Source: Eledone cirrhosa (taxonomy: Eukaryota). Taken from it: a DNA stretch of 64,000 bases. The stretch spans positions 8,742,001-8,806,000 of the forward strand of contig OZ024761.1 of NCBI GenBank assembly GCA_964016885.1. The letters run 5' to 3'. The position numbers and the translations under genes were made by a program. The notes under the pieces were generated by a model. It saw nothing but the letters and a program-made list of their open reading frames with translations. It ran no database searches and was not told where the DNA came from. Below are positions 48,688 through 62,200 of the stretch, one piece after another (positions within the stretch are counted from its first letter, which is position 1; each line of letters starts with the position of its first letter).

Positions 48688-49806
48688 ATGGCTGTCGCTG
48701 GTGACGGCAGCATAGCTTTACAGTCTGTCAGTTCGGTTCTGTCTCAACTCGTATCCCCAAATTGCGGACAATGGGTCAATATCCGACCGTCCGGTTGGTG
48801 GTTCTATCACCCTCGGGCCGTACATTACCTCCAGTTAGCCTCACACCTCTGTATTCTGCTCTTTCTCTGTACAGTGCCCGTTAGTTTGGCCAACGACATG
48901 GACAGAACGGCCTATATTAATATACAGATGCCGCACGATTTCGCTGCTCAACCCCAAACTGGTTCAGCATCCGAGACTGGGCCAGGCCCTGAAACCGAAC
49001 CCGAACTCGAAACTGGATCTAACTCTGGCTCCGATTCAAATTCTTCGTCTTCGCCACCACCATCTTCTTCGTCGTCGTCGTCTTCTTCTTCTTCTTCTTC
49101 TTCTACATCGTCGTCTCCACCATCATCACCGCCACCACTATCTACATCATCACCAACACCAACATCACCAACATCATCATCATCATCATCATCATCATCG
49201 TCGTTGTCGGCATCATCACCACCACCATCATCATCATCATCACCACCGTCAACATCACCAACTTTCCAGACAAAAGAGGATCCGTCTGAAAGCTCTGTTT
49301 ATTCTATACTGCCGGATCGGAGTGGGGAATCGCCGAGAAACGACGACAACGACGACGACGACAACAATAACATCAACAACAATGACAACAACAATAATGA
49401 TAATTATTATAACAATAACAATAACAATAACAACTACTACTATTACTACTACTACTACTACAAATACAACAAAGCAAATAAAAACAACCACAACAACAAT
49501 AATGATGGAAATCTTAGTAATAATAAGGATGATAATAATAGTCGCAGTTACGCCACAACCACCACCAACAGCAATACACAGGACAACAACAACAACAGCA
49601 ACAGTAGACAGGACATCAACACTGCCACCACCACCACCAACAACAACAACAGGAAGAGCCGAAGTAAACCATCTCGAAGACAACTACGACGACAACACAG
49701 TACTAACGAAGTCAGTAAGTCTACCCCTCCTGGGTATTCAATACGGGTGGAAGGTACATATGCCGAGGCAGGTAATATGAAAGCAATTCAAGGGACCCTG
49801 TACAGA
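48688..49806 (+). CDS. ZNRF3: ZNRF3/RNF43-like transmembrane E3 ligase, exon 1 (signal peptide and start of PA domain with a very large low-complexity insert)
   Basis: caacATGG start; hydrophobic HLCILLFLCTVPVSLA; RTAYINIQ resembles ETAFVEVV and VEGTYAEAGNMKAIQGTLYR resembles LTGRFSRAG..AEGEIVQ; donor AGA|gtgagt. Confidence 0.7.
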
Positions 49807-49953
49807 GTGAGTTGCTTCGTTTGTTTTTAGGGTTTTTTCTTTCTTTCCCTCGCCCCTAATCTACACTCGCTTTTTCTACTGTATTTTTTAATATTGTATT
49901 TGCTTAAGGTATTCTTCGAGTAATTGAGCGAATGGTAAAATAGGGGCACCACC

Positions 49954-50532
49954 AAGCTATTAGCTGTCAGAAGTGAAAGTTTCGTCAACCTTCTCAATCG
50001 TAAACATCCTTTATTTCCGTATTACCACGCGTTATTTTAATAAAGCATATCGATGTAAGTGGAGTTACTTAAATGAAATTATAGGTGCCCCTTAAAAGGG
50101 CCAAATTAGAAAACAAATATATGGTTATCAAATTTTTTTCACCAACCCTATACATAAATAACCATGACTTGTTTTCTAATTAACTTAAATTTGTTTTCTA
50201 ATTTGGCCCTTTTAAGGGCCACCTCCTATATTTTCATTTAAGTAACTCCAATTACATCGATATGCTTTATTAAAATAACTGTTTCTACTTTAGGCACAAG
50301 GCCAGCAATTACCCAGTGCATTACTGGTACTTTATTTTATCGACCTCGTAAGGATGAAAGGCAAAGTCAACCTCAGCGGGATTTGAACTCAGATCGTAAA
50401 GGGACGTAACTATGCTGGAAAGCATGGCGTCCGACCCTCTACCGATACTGCCAAACTCGTGTTAATACGGAAATAAACGATGTTTACGATTGAGAAGGTT
50501 GACGAAACTTTCACTTCTGACAGCTCATAGCA
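49954..50532. mobile_element. Foldback/MITE-like palindrome with a family B SINE (-, 50280-50455) inserted in the right arm
   Basis: 49954-50028 is the inverse of 50458-50532, and 50030-50120 is the inverse of 50190-50279. Confidence 0.8.
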
Positions 50533-50719
50533 TGATAGTGCCAAAATAGGTAGAGTAGATTAGTTGGTGGAATTTAATCTTATATATGTCTTCCACTATA
50601 CATTCTTCATTCAATACTGTAGTTTTATCTAGTGCGTTGTGTGTTGATGTTCTCTCTCTTTCACTCGCTATCCACATCTCTCACTGTTCTCATCTCTCAC
50701 TGTTATAAGCAAATGGGAA

Positions 50720-52090
50720 CCCCGCGGCCCCGGCAGATAGAATAGAGAAGGCGTTTTCCCGTAGGATGGTGAGGGAGACACGTTGGAAGAGAGATTCCAG
50801 CTTGTGAGGCTCACACCTGCGGGTAGCCAACTCCATGCTGGTGGTGATGAGTAGGGAGGTGGTCCTAGGGCCAAGGACACCAGAAGTCTCCAATGCTGCG
50901 GGTAGCCAACTCTGTGCCGATGGTGATCAGTAGGGAGGTGGTCCTAGGGCCAAGGACACCAGAAGTCTCCAATGCTGTGGGTAGCCAACTCTGTGTCGAT
51001 GGTGATGAGTAGGGAGGTGGTCTTAGGGCCAAGGACACCAGAAGTCTCCAATGCTGTGGGTAGCCAACTCTATGGTGATGAGTAGGGAGGTGGTCCTAGG
51101 GCCAAGGACACCAGAAGTCTCCAATGTTGCGGGTAGCCAACTCTATGGTGATGAGTAGGGAGGTGGTACTAAGGCCAAGGACACCAGAAGTCTCCACTGC
51201 TACGGGTAGCCAACTCTGTGTCGATGGTGATGAGTAGGGAGGTGGTCCTAGGGCCAAGGACACCAGAAGTCTCCAATGTTGCGGGTAGCCAACTCTATGG
51301 TGATGAGTAGGGAGGTGGTACTAAGGCCAAGGACACCAGAAGTCTCCACTGCTACGGGTAGCCAACTCTGTGTCGATGGTGATGAGTAGGGAGGTGGTCC
51401 TAGGGCCAAGGACACCAGAAGTCTCCAATGTTGCGGGTAGCCAACTCTGCTGATGGTGATGAGTAGGGAGGTGGTCCTAGGGTCAAGGACACCAGAAGTC
51501 TCCAATGCTGTGGGTAGCCAACTCTATGGTGATGAGTAGGGAGGTGGTCCTAGGGCCAAGGACCCCAGAAGTCTCCAATGCTGCGGGTAGCCAACTCTGC
51601 CGATGGTGATGAGTAGGGAGGTGGTCCTAGGGTCAAGGACACCAGAAGTCTCCAATGCTGCGGGTAGCCAACTCTGTGCCAATGGTGATGAGTAGGGAGG
51701 TGGTACTAAGGCCAAGGACACCAGAAGTCTCCAATGCTGTGGGTAGCCAACTCTGTGTCGATGGTGATGAGTAGGGAGGTGGTACTAAGGCCAAGGACAC
51801 CAGAAGTCTCCACTGCTACGGGCTTGACTGCAAACCTGTCGGAGAGCGACCAATATTTGGAGAGTTTACATACCTTGTCTCAAAGTTCATCAGAGCCTGG
51901 ATTAATCACAGATTGCATCAGGTTGCCGTTGCATGTGGTATCCCAGATGAGAGGTTTACCACCACAGAATGGGAAGCTACTTATGCCGTCTGGCCTTTTA
52001 CTGTCCCCTCAGTCCAGCCCCACCGGCTCAAGCTGGGAGGGGAAGCTTGCAGCATCCAAGCCATGCTTTATGATCTCGTTAAGAGCAATA
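50720..52090 (-). mobile_element. REL-type LINE remnant containing a ~67-73-bp minisatellite (50815-51820)
   Basis: RPDG..GKPLIWDTTC..FAVKPVAVETSGVLG..LFQRVSLTILRENAFSIL; the ETSGVLGPRTTSLLIT segment is repeated ~14 times. Confidence 0.8.
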
Positions 52091-52164
52091 TGGAGTGGAA
52101 TATATATAATTTTTATGACATTGATATTAATTTCATTCATATCTATCTATCTCTCTCTATATAT

Positions 52165-52890
52165 ATATAAAGCACATCTCTAAAATTGTCAAGAAGGCTG
52201 AGGGTGTCCCTCAGTAAGACTTTGTCAGCTGCTCTCCAAATATCTATTTAACTCTTTAGCATTTACATTACTCTATATTTACTATTGTATTTTCATGGTA
52301 AAGGCTTTATTTCACATAATATCGAATCTATGGGATTTTGATATTATTTATTTTGAGAACAATACCTTAAGATCTGTATGAGTGGCCAGTTATAGCCAGT
52401 TTGATCAGAAAGAGGTGAGAGAATTCTGGCTGGATATGGTCAGTTTAAATGCTAAAGGGTTAAAGCTATATATTGCTATGATGCATCCACACTTAGAATT
52501 TGCATCATCAGTCTGGAACCCCTATCTTGCTCAGAATATTGATCTCCTGAAAACTGTTCAGAGATGTGCAACCAGACGTATACCCTCCTCCAGGCATCTA
52601 CCATATTCTGAATGTCTTGCTTCCCTGGGCATGGATACATTAAAGCTCAGATGTCTGGCAACTGACTTGGTAGATACCCAACAAGATTATTAAATATCTT
52701 GCCAATAACAACCCTGAGCACCTTTTTGAATGCCATATGTCTAACAAATATTGACATGCTTACAAAATCTGATAACACTACAGCTCCCATGACTTTCGGA
52801 AACATTTTTTCAGGCCCAGACTTGCTGAAGCATGGAACATACAACCTGCATCAGTTGTTAGCTGTCGGGACACTGCATTCTTCAAAACTT
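52165..52890 (+). mobile_element. CR1/L2-like LINE 3' remnant
   Basis: KLYIAMMHPHLEFASSVWNPYLAQNIDLLKTVQRCATRRIP..LPYSECLASLGMDTL. Confidence 0.8.
52252..52459 (+). mobile_element. piggyBac-type MITE (~208 bp) with TTAA target-site duplication
   Basis: TTAA|CTCTTTAGCATTT...AAATGCTAAAGGG|TTAA; removing it restores LINE codons I-Y-L-K-L-Y. Confidence 0.88.
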
Positions 52891-53621
52891 CCATCATCAT
52901 CCATCATTATCCTCGTTTAACGTCCACTTTCCACGCTAGCATGGGTTAGACGGGAGTTGTCCCACTTGAGGCAAGGTTGGTCGGGTGACAGTGTCTCGCT
53001 CATATAGGACTATCTGGCAGGTTTTCTACGGCTGGATGCCCTTCCTAACACCAACCACATTTACAGTGTGGAACTGGGAACTTTTTACCGTGTTACCTAC
53101 ACGGCCCCATTACAGCGTGGACTGTGTTTTTTTTCTCGTGACACCTACACGATCTCGATCTCATTATCTCATTTATTTGGACTGGATGTTGTGGTACCAA
53201 CTTTATAGAGAGGGGGGGGGAGTGGGAGGATAGGGTAGGGGTAGTGGATTGGGGTGTATATTTGGTTAAGAGGTGCCTACTGGCTGTAGGTTTCGCTTTG
53301 TACATAGGCAAGGCAGGTCTTCTATAATTTGCCAATACTATACCTGATATTCCCCCTCCATATTTACACATGCATGTGTATGTGTGTCTATCATGACTCA
53401 TAGATTGTTCACTTTCCTGACATTTGTACTCTATTCTATATACTATACATGAACCTTTGATGAGTTGTAGTGCACCTGAGCACTGTACAGAATAATTTTC
53501 ATTAATATATTATTTTATATATCATTGTTATAACAATGATATTAATTTCATTCATATATATATATATATATATATATATTTATTAAAATAACAGATTAAA
53601 GTTTATTATGACTATATGATT

Positions 53622-53800
53622 GGTAGTATCGGTAGAGGGTCGGACGCCATGCTTTCTAGCATAGTTACGTCCCTTTACGATCTGAGTTCAAATCCCGCCG
53701 AGGTTGACTTTGCCTTTCATCCTTACGGGGTCGATAAAATAAAGTACCAGTGAGGCACTGGGTAGTTGCTGGCCTTGTGCCTAAAGTAGAAACAATTATT
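53622..53800 (+). mobile_element. SINE family B
   Basis: Near-identical to 41292-41470. Confidence 0.85.
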
Positions 53801-53909
53801 ACTATATATATATATATATATATTTGTAGTAAGGTTGCTTGGATGCGTCCATAGGCGGTATGCCGGTTGAGCACTCTACGCTCCTTCGGATTTGCTTCAA
53901 AATCACTAG

Positions 53910-54002
53910 ACGTATCTGAGGAACTTGCGAATCCAGAGTAAGGTTTGATCCACAAACAGATCGCACCTCAAGCTGTTCACCGGAGAAACAATTGTAATAC
54001 GT
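53910..54002 (+). ncRNA. Hammerhead-like motif with a long irregular domain II
   Basis: ACGTAT-CTGAGGA-(62 nt)-GAAAC-AATT-GTA^ATACGT; perfect stem I; palindromic ACAATTGT; base of stem II is unpaired. Confidence 0.55.
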
Positions 54003-54062
54003 AATAAATTGTGTCCCGATGCATCACTGATTCTTTGTTTTCCATATTATATATATATATAT

Positions 54063-54410
54063 GGAGGCACATGGCTTAGTGGTTAGAGCATTGGCCTTGC
54101 AATCGAAAGGTTGTGAGTTCAATTCTCAGACCGGGTGATGTGTTGTTTCCTTGAGCAAGACACTTTATTTCACATTGCTCCAGTTTACTCAGCTGTAGAA
54201 ATGAGATGATAGGGACTGGGATCCCTATCATTCCACTGTAAAGTGGTCGTGGAGGTGCCACGGCAAAAAAGCACCCAGCACTCACTGTAAATGAGGTTGG
54301 TGTTAGGAAGAGCATCCAGCTGTAGAAATCAAGCCAGCATCAGTTTCCGTCCCACCCTTGCAAGCAGGGAAAAAGCGGATGTAAAAATGAAATGATGAAT
54401 GAAATGATGA
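54063..54410 (+). mobile_element. Full-length SINE family A
   Basis: Near-identical to 5934-6360, with fewer internal repeats. Confidence 0.88.
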
Positions 54411-54465
54411 TGTGGCGATGTATTTGTTTTCCAAGGTTTTTGATATGTTTTGATATGTTTAAACA

Positions 54466-54700
54466 GATATTGTTATATTTGTGGAGGGTCATGTTATCCT
54501 AAAATTGCCAGAAAAATATAGTAAAACACACTCACTGTCTGGTTGGGTTTTCGCTTCAGTTTCAATATATTTTTTTTATATTTCCATATAAAAAAAACAT
54601 TTTCTGAAACCGAAGCAAAAACCAAACCAGACTGAGTGTGTTTTACTATATTTTTCTGGCAGTTTTAGGACAACATGGCCCTCCCCAAATATAACAATAT
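54466..54700. mobile_element. Palindromic MITE-like element (~95-bp arms)
   Basis: ATATTGTTATATTTGTGGAGGGTCATGTT.. / ..AACATGGCCCTCCCCAAATATAACAATAT; a related half-copy lies at ~34070-34140. Confidence 0.75.
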
Positions 54701-55172
54701 ATATATATCATTGTTATGACTATAATATTAATTTCATTCATGTCTAATATATATATATATATATATAAATACATAATCGGAGAAAGCTAAAAGCGATATG
54801 CCGGCCAAATTCCAACTCACTCAACAAACATTAGGAAATACCTGAGTATATTCCCAATTAAACGTTTGGGGTGCTAACTATATTGTATTGTGTGCATAAT
54901 TGGCTGTATCATTTCATATGAGATATATCAAATATATCATTTCCCAGACGACTCGTTTCATTATAAGATTTCTATATATTTATTATTTGTCTGACCCGAA
55001 TTTTCTTGGTCGTTTTTTCGGCTGTGCGAATGATTTTAAGCATTATCTCAGTGTGTTGGTATTAAACGTTAGTTATAGCTCTGGTTTTTTCCAAACTATT
55101 GAGCACTTTGCCACACTTTTCGAAGATTGTGTTTCATTATTTCGTGGGCCGAGATTCCGATTCTCGATAATT

Positions 55173-55223
<51 letters not shown>

Positions 55224-55293
55224 TGGCTTTTCAATACACATACATCTTGCTTATATATATATATATATATATTTTTTTTTCTCACCTGCTCAG

Positions 55294-55479
55294 ATAAATC
55301 CTACCTGTGATCCTGATACTGAAGACAATGAGAAAGTTGTGATGAACTTCCCCAAGGGGTGGGTCGGATTGTTGTATTACTCAAACACCTCCTCGACGTC
55401 GGCCTCTTCCTCCACTTCCTATTCCAGCCTCCTCTCTTCCGGTAAAGACAAGAAAACAAACTGTTCTGTGAATGATAAG
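55294..55479 (+). CDS. ZNRF3: ZNRF3/RNF43-like exon 2 (PA domain)
   Basis: ctgctcag| acceptor and AAG|gttggt donor, phase 0/0. INPTCD..KGWVGLLYY..NCSVNDK resembles MHPLGLC..GWVGVVKL..CLTVLGK. Confidence 0.75.
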
Positions 55480-55499
55480 GTTGGTATACTCTGTTTGCT

Positions 55500-55508
55500 G
55501 CGGCGGTG

Positions 55509-55539
<31 letters not shown>

Positions 55540-55603
55540 TTGCTGTTGTTGTTGTTGTTGTTGTTGCTGTTGCTGCTGCTGCTGCTGTTGTTGTTGTTGT
55601 TGT
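55500..55603. repeat. (CTG)/(TTG) trinucleotide microsatellite, intronic
   Basis: Lies directly after the exon 2 donor. Confidence 0.9.
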
Positions 55604-55639
55604 AGAATTGCTGTTTCATCAGAAAGGTGGTTTACCATT

Positions 55640-56070
55640 CCTAGTAATGTAGATTTTGATGAAGGATGGGCACTGAACTATTCAGGTGTGGTGCCAGAGT
55701 GGGGATAATCATAAGCCCCCTGCTGTTGGAATGACTTAATGGAGTGGATCCCATTAATAGGAAGGATTTGCCTCTTGAAGCTTAGGCTGAAAGAAAGATC
55801 TTGGTCAGTGGTGCAAGTTTATACACCAAACAAGGAGTCCAGATACAGATCTTTCCTTGATGAAGTCACTGCTGCATTAGATGTTGTTAAGACTGAGTCA
55901 TATATCCCGATGGGAGACCTCAATACACAACCTGACATGGAAAGGAGTGGGGGGATGGAATGGTGATCCCGAACTAAATACAAATCGAGAGGCCTTATTA
56001 GAATTCTGTTCTAGCAATGGGCTCTCTATTATGAATACCTTCATTTGGCACAAAGACATCCATAAATAAT
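55640..56070 (+). mobile_element. LINE (RTE-like) APE endonuclease remnant
   Basis: RICLLKL..VVQVYTPN..MGDLN..LLEFCSSNGLSIMNTF..HKDIHK. Confidence 0.8.
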
Positions 56071-56084
56071 CCTGCTCTCAGTAG

Positions 56085-56262
56085 ATGCTTGCATGGGTTG
56101 GGCAGGTCCTTCTCAGCACAGCATCTCTCTATTCGCTGCATTCCTTCGTCATCTCCTCCGTGAGTCTCAGATCAGCTCTCACCACCATTGCCCATGTCTT
56201 CCTTGGTCTACCTCTACTCTGGCTTCACTCAATTCACTGCATTCCTTCGTCATCTCCTCTGC
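56085..56262 (-). mobile_element. RTE LINE C-terminal/3' fragment
   Basis: Minus strand reads RGRPRKTWAMVVRADLRLTEEMT..PTHAS. Confidence 0.7.
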
Positions 56263-59200
56263 GAGTCACAGTAATTTGAGGTCACCTCTCACCAGCAGGA
56301 GTCACAGTAATTTGAGGTCACCTCTCACCAGCACAAGTCACAGTAATTTGAGGTCACCTCTCACCAGCACGAGTCACAGTAATTTGAGGTCACCTCTCAC
56401 CAGCACGAGTCACAGTAATTTGAGGTCACCTCTCACCAGCAGGAGTCACAGTAATTTGAGGTCACCTCTCACCAGCACGAGTCACAGTAATTTGAGGTCA
56501 CCTCTCACCAGCACGAGTCACAGTAATTTGAGGTCACCTCTCACCAGCACGAGTCACAGTAATTTGAGGTCACCTCTCACCAGCACGAGTCACAGTAATT
56601 TGAGGTCACCTCTCACCAGCACAAGTCACAGTAATTTGAGGTCACCTCTCACCAGCAGGAGTCACAGTAATTTGAGGTCACCTCTCATCAGCAGGAGTCA
56701 CAGTAATTTGAGGTCACCTCTCATCAGCAGGAGTCACAGTAATTTGAGGTCACCTCTCACCAGCACAAGTCACAGTAATTTGAGGTCACTTCTCACCAGC
56801 AGGAGTCACAGTAATTTGAGGTCACTTCTCATCAGCACGAGTCACAGTAATTTGAGGTCACTTCTCATCAGCACGAGTCACAGTAATTTGAGGTCACCTC
56901 TCACCAGCACAAGTCACAGTAATTTGAGGTCACCTCTCACCAGCACGAGTCACAGTAATTTGAGGTCACCTCTCACCAGCACGAGTCACAGTAATTTGAG
57001 GTCACCTCTCACCAGCACGAGTCACAGTAATTTGAGGTCACCTCTCACCAGCACGAGTCACAGTAATTTGAGGTCACCTCTCACCAGCACGAGTCACAGT
57101 AATTTGAGGTCACCTCTCACCAGCACGAGTCACAGTAATTTGAGGTCACCTCTCACCAGCACGAGTCACAGTAATTTGAGGTCACCTCTCACCAGCACAA
57201 GTCACAGTAATTTGAGGTCACCTCTCACCAGCACAAGTCACAGTAATTTGAGGTCACTTCTCATCAGCAGGAGTCACAGTAATTTGAGGTCACCTCTCAT
57301 CAGCACAAGTCACAGTAATTTGAGGTCACCTCTCACCAGCACGAGTCACAGTAATTTGAGGTCACCTCTCACCAGCACGAGTCACAGTAATTTGAGGTCA
57401 CTTCTCATCAGCAGGAGTCACAGTAATTTGAGGTCACTTCTCATCAGCACGAGTCACAGTAATTTGAGGTCACTTCTCATCAGCAGGAGTCACAGTAATT
57501 TGAGGTCACTTCTCATCAGCAGGAGTCACAGTAATTTGAGGTCACCTCTCACCAGCACAAGTCACAGTAATTTGAGGTCACTTCTCACCAGCAGGAGTCA
57601 CAGTAATTTGAGGTCACCTCTCATCAGCAGGAGTCACAGTAATTTGAGGTCACTTCTCATCAGCAGGAGTCACAGTAATTTGAGGTCACTTCTCATCAGC
57701 AGGAGTCACAGTAATTTGAGGTCACTTCTCATCAGCACAAGTCACAGTAATTTGAGGTCACCTCTCATCAGCACAAGTCACAGTAATTTGAGGTCACTTC
57801 TCATCAGCAGGAGTCACAGTAATTTGAGGTCACCTCTCATCAGCACAAGTCACAGTAATTTGAGGTCACTTCTCATCAGCAGGAGTCACAGTAATTTGAG
57901 GTCACCTCTCACCAGCACGAGTCACAGTAATTTGAGGTCACTTCTCATCAGCAGGAGTCACAGTAATTTGAGGTCACCTCTCATCAGCACAAGTCACAGT
58001 AATTTGAGGTCACTTCTCATCAGCAGGAGTCACAGTAATTTGAGGTCACTTCTCATCAGCACAAGTCAGAGTAATTTGAGGTCACCTCTCATCAGCACAA
58101 GTCACGTAATTTGAGGTCACTTCTCATCAGCACAAGTCACAGTAATTTGAGGTCACCTCTCATCAGCACAAGTCACAGTAATTTGAGGTCACTTCTCATC
58201 AGCAGGAGTCACAGTAATTTGAGGTCACCTCTCACCAGCACGAGTCACAGTAATTTGAGGTCACTTCTCATCAGCAGGAGTCACAGTAATTTGAGGTCAC
58301 CTCTCATCAGCACAAGTCACAGTAATTTGAGGTCACTTCTCATCAGCAGGAGTCACAGTAATTTGAGGTCACCTCTCATCAGCACAAGTCACAGTAATTT
58401 GAGGTCACCTCTCATCAGCACAAGTCACAGTAATTTGAGGTCACTTCTCATCAGCACAAGTCACAGTAATTTGAGGTCACCTCTCATCAGCACAAGTCAC
58501 AGTAATTTGAGGTCACTTCTCATCAGCAGGAGTCACAGTAATTTGAGGTCACCTCTCATCAGCATAAGTCACAGTAATTTGAGGTCACTTCTCATCAGCA
58601 GGAGTCACAGTAATTTGAGGTCACCTCTCATCAGCACGAGTCACAGTAATTTGAGGTCACCTCTCATCAGCACAAGTCACAGTAATTTGAGGTCACTTCT
58701 CATCAGCACAAGTCACAGTAATTTGAGGTCACCTCTCATCAGCACAAGTCACAGTAATTTGAGGTCACTTCTCATCAGCAGGAGTCACAGTAATTTGAGG
58801 TCACCTCTCATCAGCACAAGTCACAGTAATTTGAGGTCACTTCTCATCAGCAGGAGTCACAGTAATTTGAGGTCACCTCTCATCAGCACGAGTCACAGTA
58901 ATTTGAGGTCACCTCTCATCAGCACAAGTCACAGTAATTTGAGGTCACTTCTCATCAGCACAAGTCACAGTAATTTGAGGTCACCTCTCATCAGCACAAG
59001 TCACAGTAATTTGAGGTCACTTCTCATCAGCAGGAGTCACAGTAATTTGAGGTCACCTCTCATCAGCACAAGTCACAGTAATTTGAGGTCACTTCTCATC
59101 AGCAGGAGTCACAGTAATTTGAGGTCACCTCTCATCAGCACGAGTCACAGTAATTTGAGGTCACTTCTCATCAGCAGGAGTCACAGTAATTTGAGGTCAC

Positions 59201-62200
59201 TTCTCATCAGCAGGAGTCACAGTAATTTGAGGTCACCTCTCATCAGCACAAGTCACAGTAATTTGAGGTCACTTCTCATCAGCAGGAGTCACAGTAATTT
59301 GAGGTCACCTCTCATCAGCACAAGTCACAGTAATTTGAGGTCACTTCTCATCAGCACAAGTCACAGTAATTTGAGGTCACTTCTCATCAGCAGGAGTCAC
59401 AGTAATTTGAGGTCACCTCTCATCAGCACAAGTCACAGTAATTTGAGGTCACCTCTCATCAGCACAAGTCACAGTAATTTGAGGTCACCTCTCACCAGCA
59501 CAAGTCACAGTAATTTGAGGTCACTTCTCATCAGCAGGAGTCACAGTAATTTGAGGTCACCTCTCACCAGCACGAGTCACAGTAATTTGAGGTCACCTCT
59601 CACCAGCACAAGTCACAGTAATTTGAGGTCACCTCTCACCAGCACGAGTCACAGTAATTTGAGGTCACCTCTCACCAGCACGAGTCACAGTAATTTGAGG
59701 TCACCTCTCACCAGCACGAGTCACAGTAATTTGAGGTCACCTCTCACCAGCACAAGTCACAGTAATTTGAGGTCACCTCTCACCAGCACAAGTCACAGTA
59801 ATTTGAGGTCACTTCTCATCAGCAGGAGTCACAGTAATTTGAGGTCACCTCTCATCAGCAGGAGTCACAGTAATTTGAGGTCACCTCTCACCAGCACGAG
59901 TCACAGTAATTTGAGGTCACCTCTCACCAGCACAAGTCACAGTAATTTGAGGTCACTTCTCATCAGCAGGAGTCACAGTAATTTGAGGTCACTTCTCATC
60001 AGCAGGAGTCACAGTAATTTGAGGTCACTTCTCATCAGCAGGAGTCACAGTAATTTGAGGTCACTTCTCATCAGCACAAGTCACAGTAATTTGAGGTCAC
60101 CTCTCATCAGCACAAGTCACAGTAATTTGAGGTCACTTCTCATCAGCAGGAGTCACAGTAATTTGAGGTCACCTCTCATCAGCACAAGTCACAGTAATTT
60201 GAGGTCACTTCTCATCAGCAGGAGTCACAGTAATTTGAGGTCACCTCTCACCAGCACGAGTCACAGTAATTTGAGGTCACTTCTCATCAGCAGGAGTCAC
60301 AGTAATTTGAGGTCACCTCTCATCAGCACAAGTCACAGTAATTTGAGGTCACTTCTCATCAGCAGGAGTCACAGTAATTTGAGGTCACTTCTCATCAGCA
60401 CAAGTCAGAGTAATTTGAGGTCACCTCTCATCAGCACAAGTCACGTAATTTGAGGTCACTTCTCATCAGCACAAGTCACAGTAATTTGAGGTCACCTCTC
60501 ATCAGCACAAGTCACAGTAATTTGAGGTCACTTCTCATCAGCAGGAGTCACAGTAATTTGAGGTCACCTCTCACCAGCACGAGTCACAGTAATTTGAGGT
60601 CACTTCTCATCAGCAGGAGTCACAGTAATTTGAGGTCACCTCTCATCAGCACAAGTCACAGTAATTTGAGGTCACTTCTCATCAGCAGGAGTCACAGTAA
60701 TTTGAGGTCACCTCTCATCAGCACAAGTCACAGTAATTTGAGGTCACCTCTCATCAGCACAAGTCACAGTAATTTGAGGTCACTTTTCATCAGCACAAGT
60801 CACAGTAATTTGAGGTCACCTCTCATCAGCACAAGTCACAGTAATTTGAGGTCACTTCTCATCAGCAGGAGTCACAGTAATTTGAGGTCACCTCTCATCA
60901 GCACAAGTCACAGTAATTTGAGGTCACTTCTCATCAGCAGGAGTCACATTAATTTGAGGTCACCTTTCATCAGCACGAGTCACAGTAATTTGAGGTCACC
61001 TCTCATCAGCACAAGTCACAGTAATTTGAGGTCACTTCTCATCAGCACAAGTCACAGTAATTTGAGGTCACCTCTCATCAGCACAAGTCACAGTAATTTG
61101 AGGTCACTTCTCATCAGCAGGAGTCACAGTAATTTGAGGTCACCTCTCATCAGCACAAGTCACAGTAATTTGAGGTCACTTCTCATCAGCAGGAGTCACA
61201 GTAATTTGAGGTCACCTCTCATCAGCACGAGTCACAGTAATTTGAGGTCACCTCTCATCAGCACAAGTCACAGTAATTTGAGGTCACTTCTCATCAGCAC
61301 AAGTCACAGTAATTTGAGGTCACCTCTCATCAGCACAAGTCACAGTAATTTGAGGTCACTTCTCATCAGCAGGAGTCACAGTAATTTGAGGTCACCTCTC
61401 ATCAGCACAAGTCACAGTAATTTGAGGTCACTTCTCATCAGCAGGAGTCACAGTAATTTGAGGTCACCTCTCATCAGCACGAGTCACAGTAATTTGAGGT
61501 CACTTCTCATCAGCAGGAGTCACAGTAATTTGAGGTCACTTCTCATCAGCAGGAGTCACAGTAATTTGAGGTCACCTCTCATCAGCACAAGTCACAGTAA
61601 TTTGAGGTCACTTCTCATCAGCAGGAGTCACAGTAATTTGAGGTCACCTCTCATCAGCACAAGTCACAGTAATTTGAGGTCACCTCTCATCAGCACAAGT
61701 CACAGTAATTTGAGGTCACTTCTCATCAGCAGGAGTCACAGTAATTTGAGGTCACCTCTCATCAGCACAAGTCACAGTAATTTGAGGTCACCTCTCATCA
61801 GCACAAGTCACAGTAATTTGAGGTCACTTCTCATCAGCAGGAGTCACAGTAATTTGAGGTCACCTCTCATCAGCACAAGTCACAGTAATTTGAGGTCACT
61901 TCTCATCAGCAGGAGTCACAGTAATTTGAGGTCACCTCTCATCAGCACAAGTCACAGTAATTTGAGGTCACCTCTCATCAGCACAAGTCACAGTAATTTG
62001 AGGTCACTTCTCATCAGCAGGAGTCACAGTAATTTGAGGTCACCTCTCATCAGCACAAGTCACAGTAATTTGAGGTCACTTCTCATCAGCACAAGTCACA
62101 GTAATTTGAGGTCACTTCTCATCAGCAGGAGTCACAGTAATTTGAGGTCACCTCTCATCAGCACAAGTCACAGTAATTTGAGGTCACCTCTCATCAGCAC

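Noticed and set aside
55381-55638. Poly-Q, poly-C and poly-L ORFs
   Set aside because: Intronic trinucleotide repeat downstream of the splice donor at 55480
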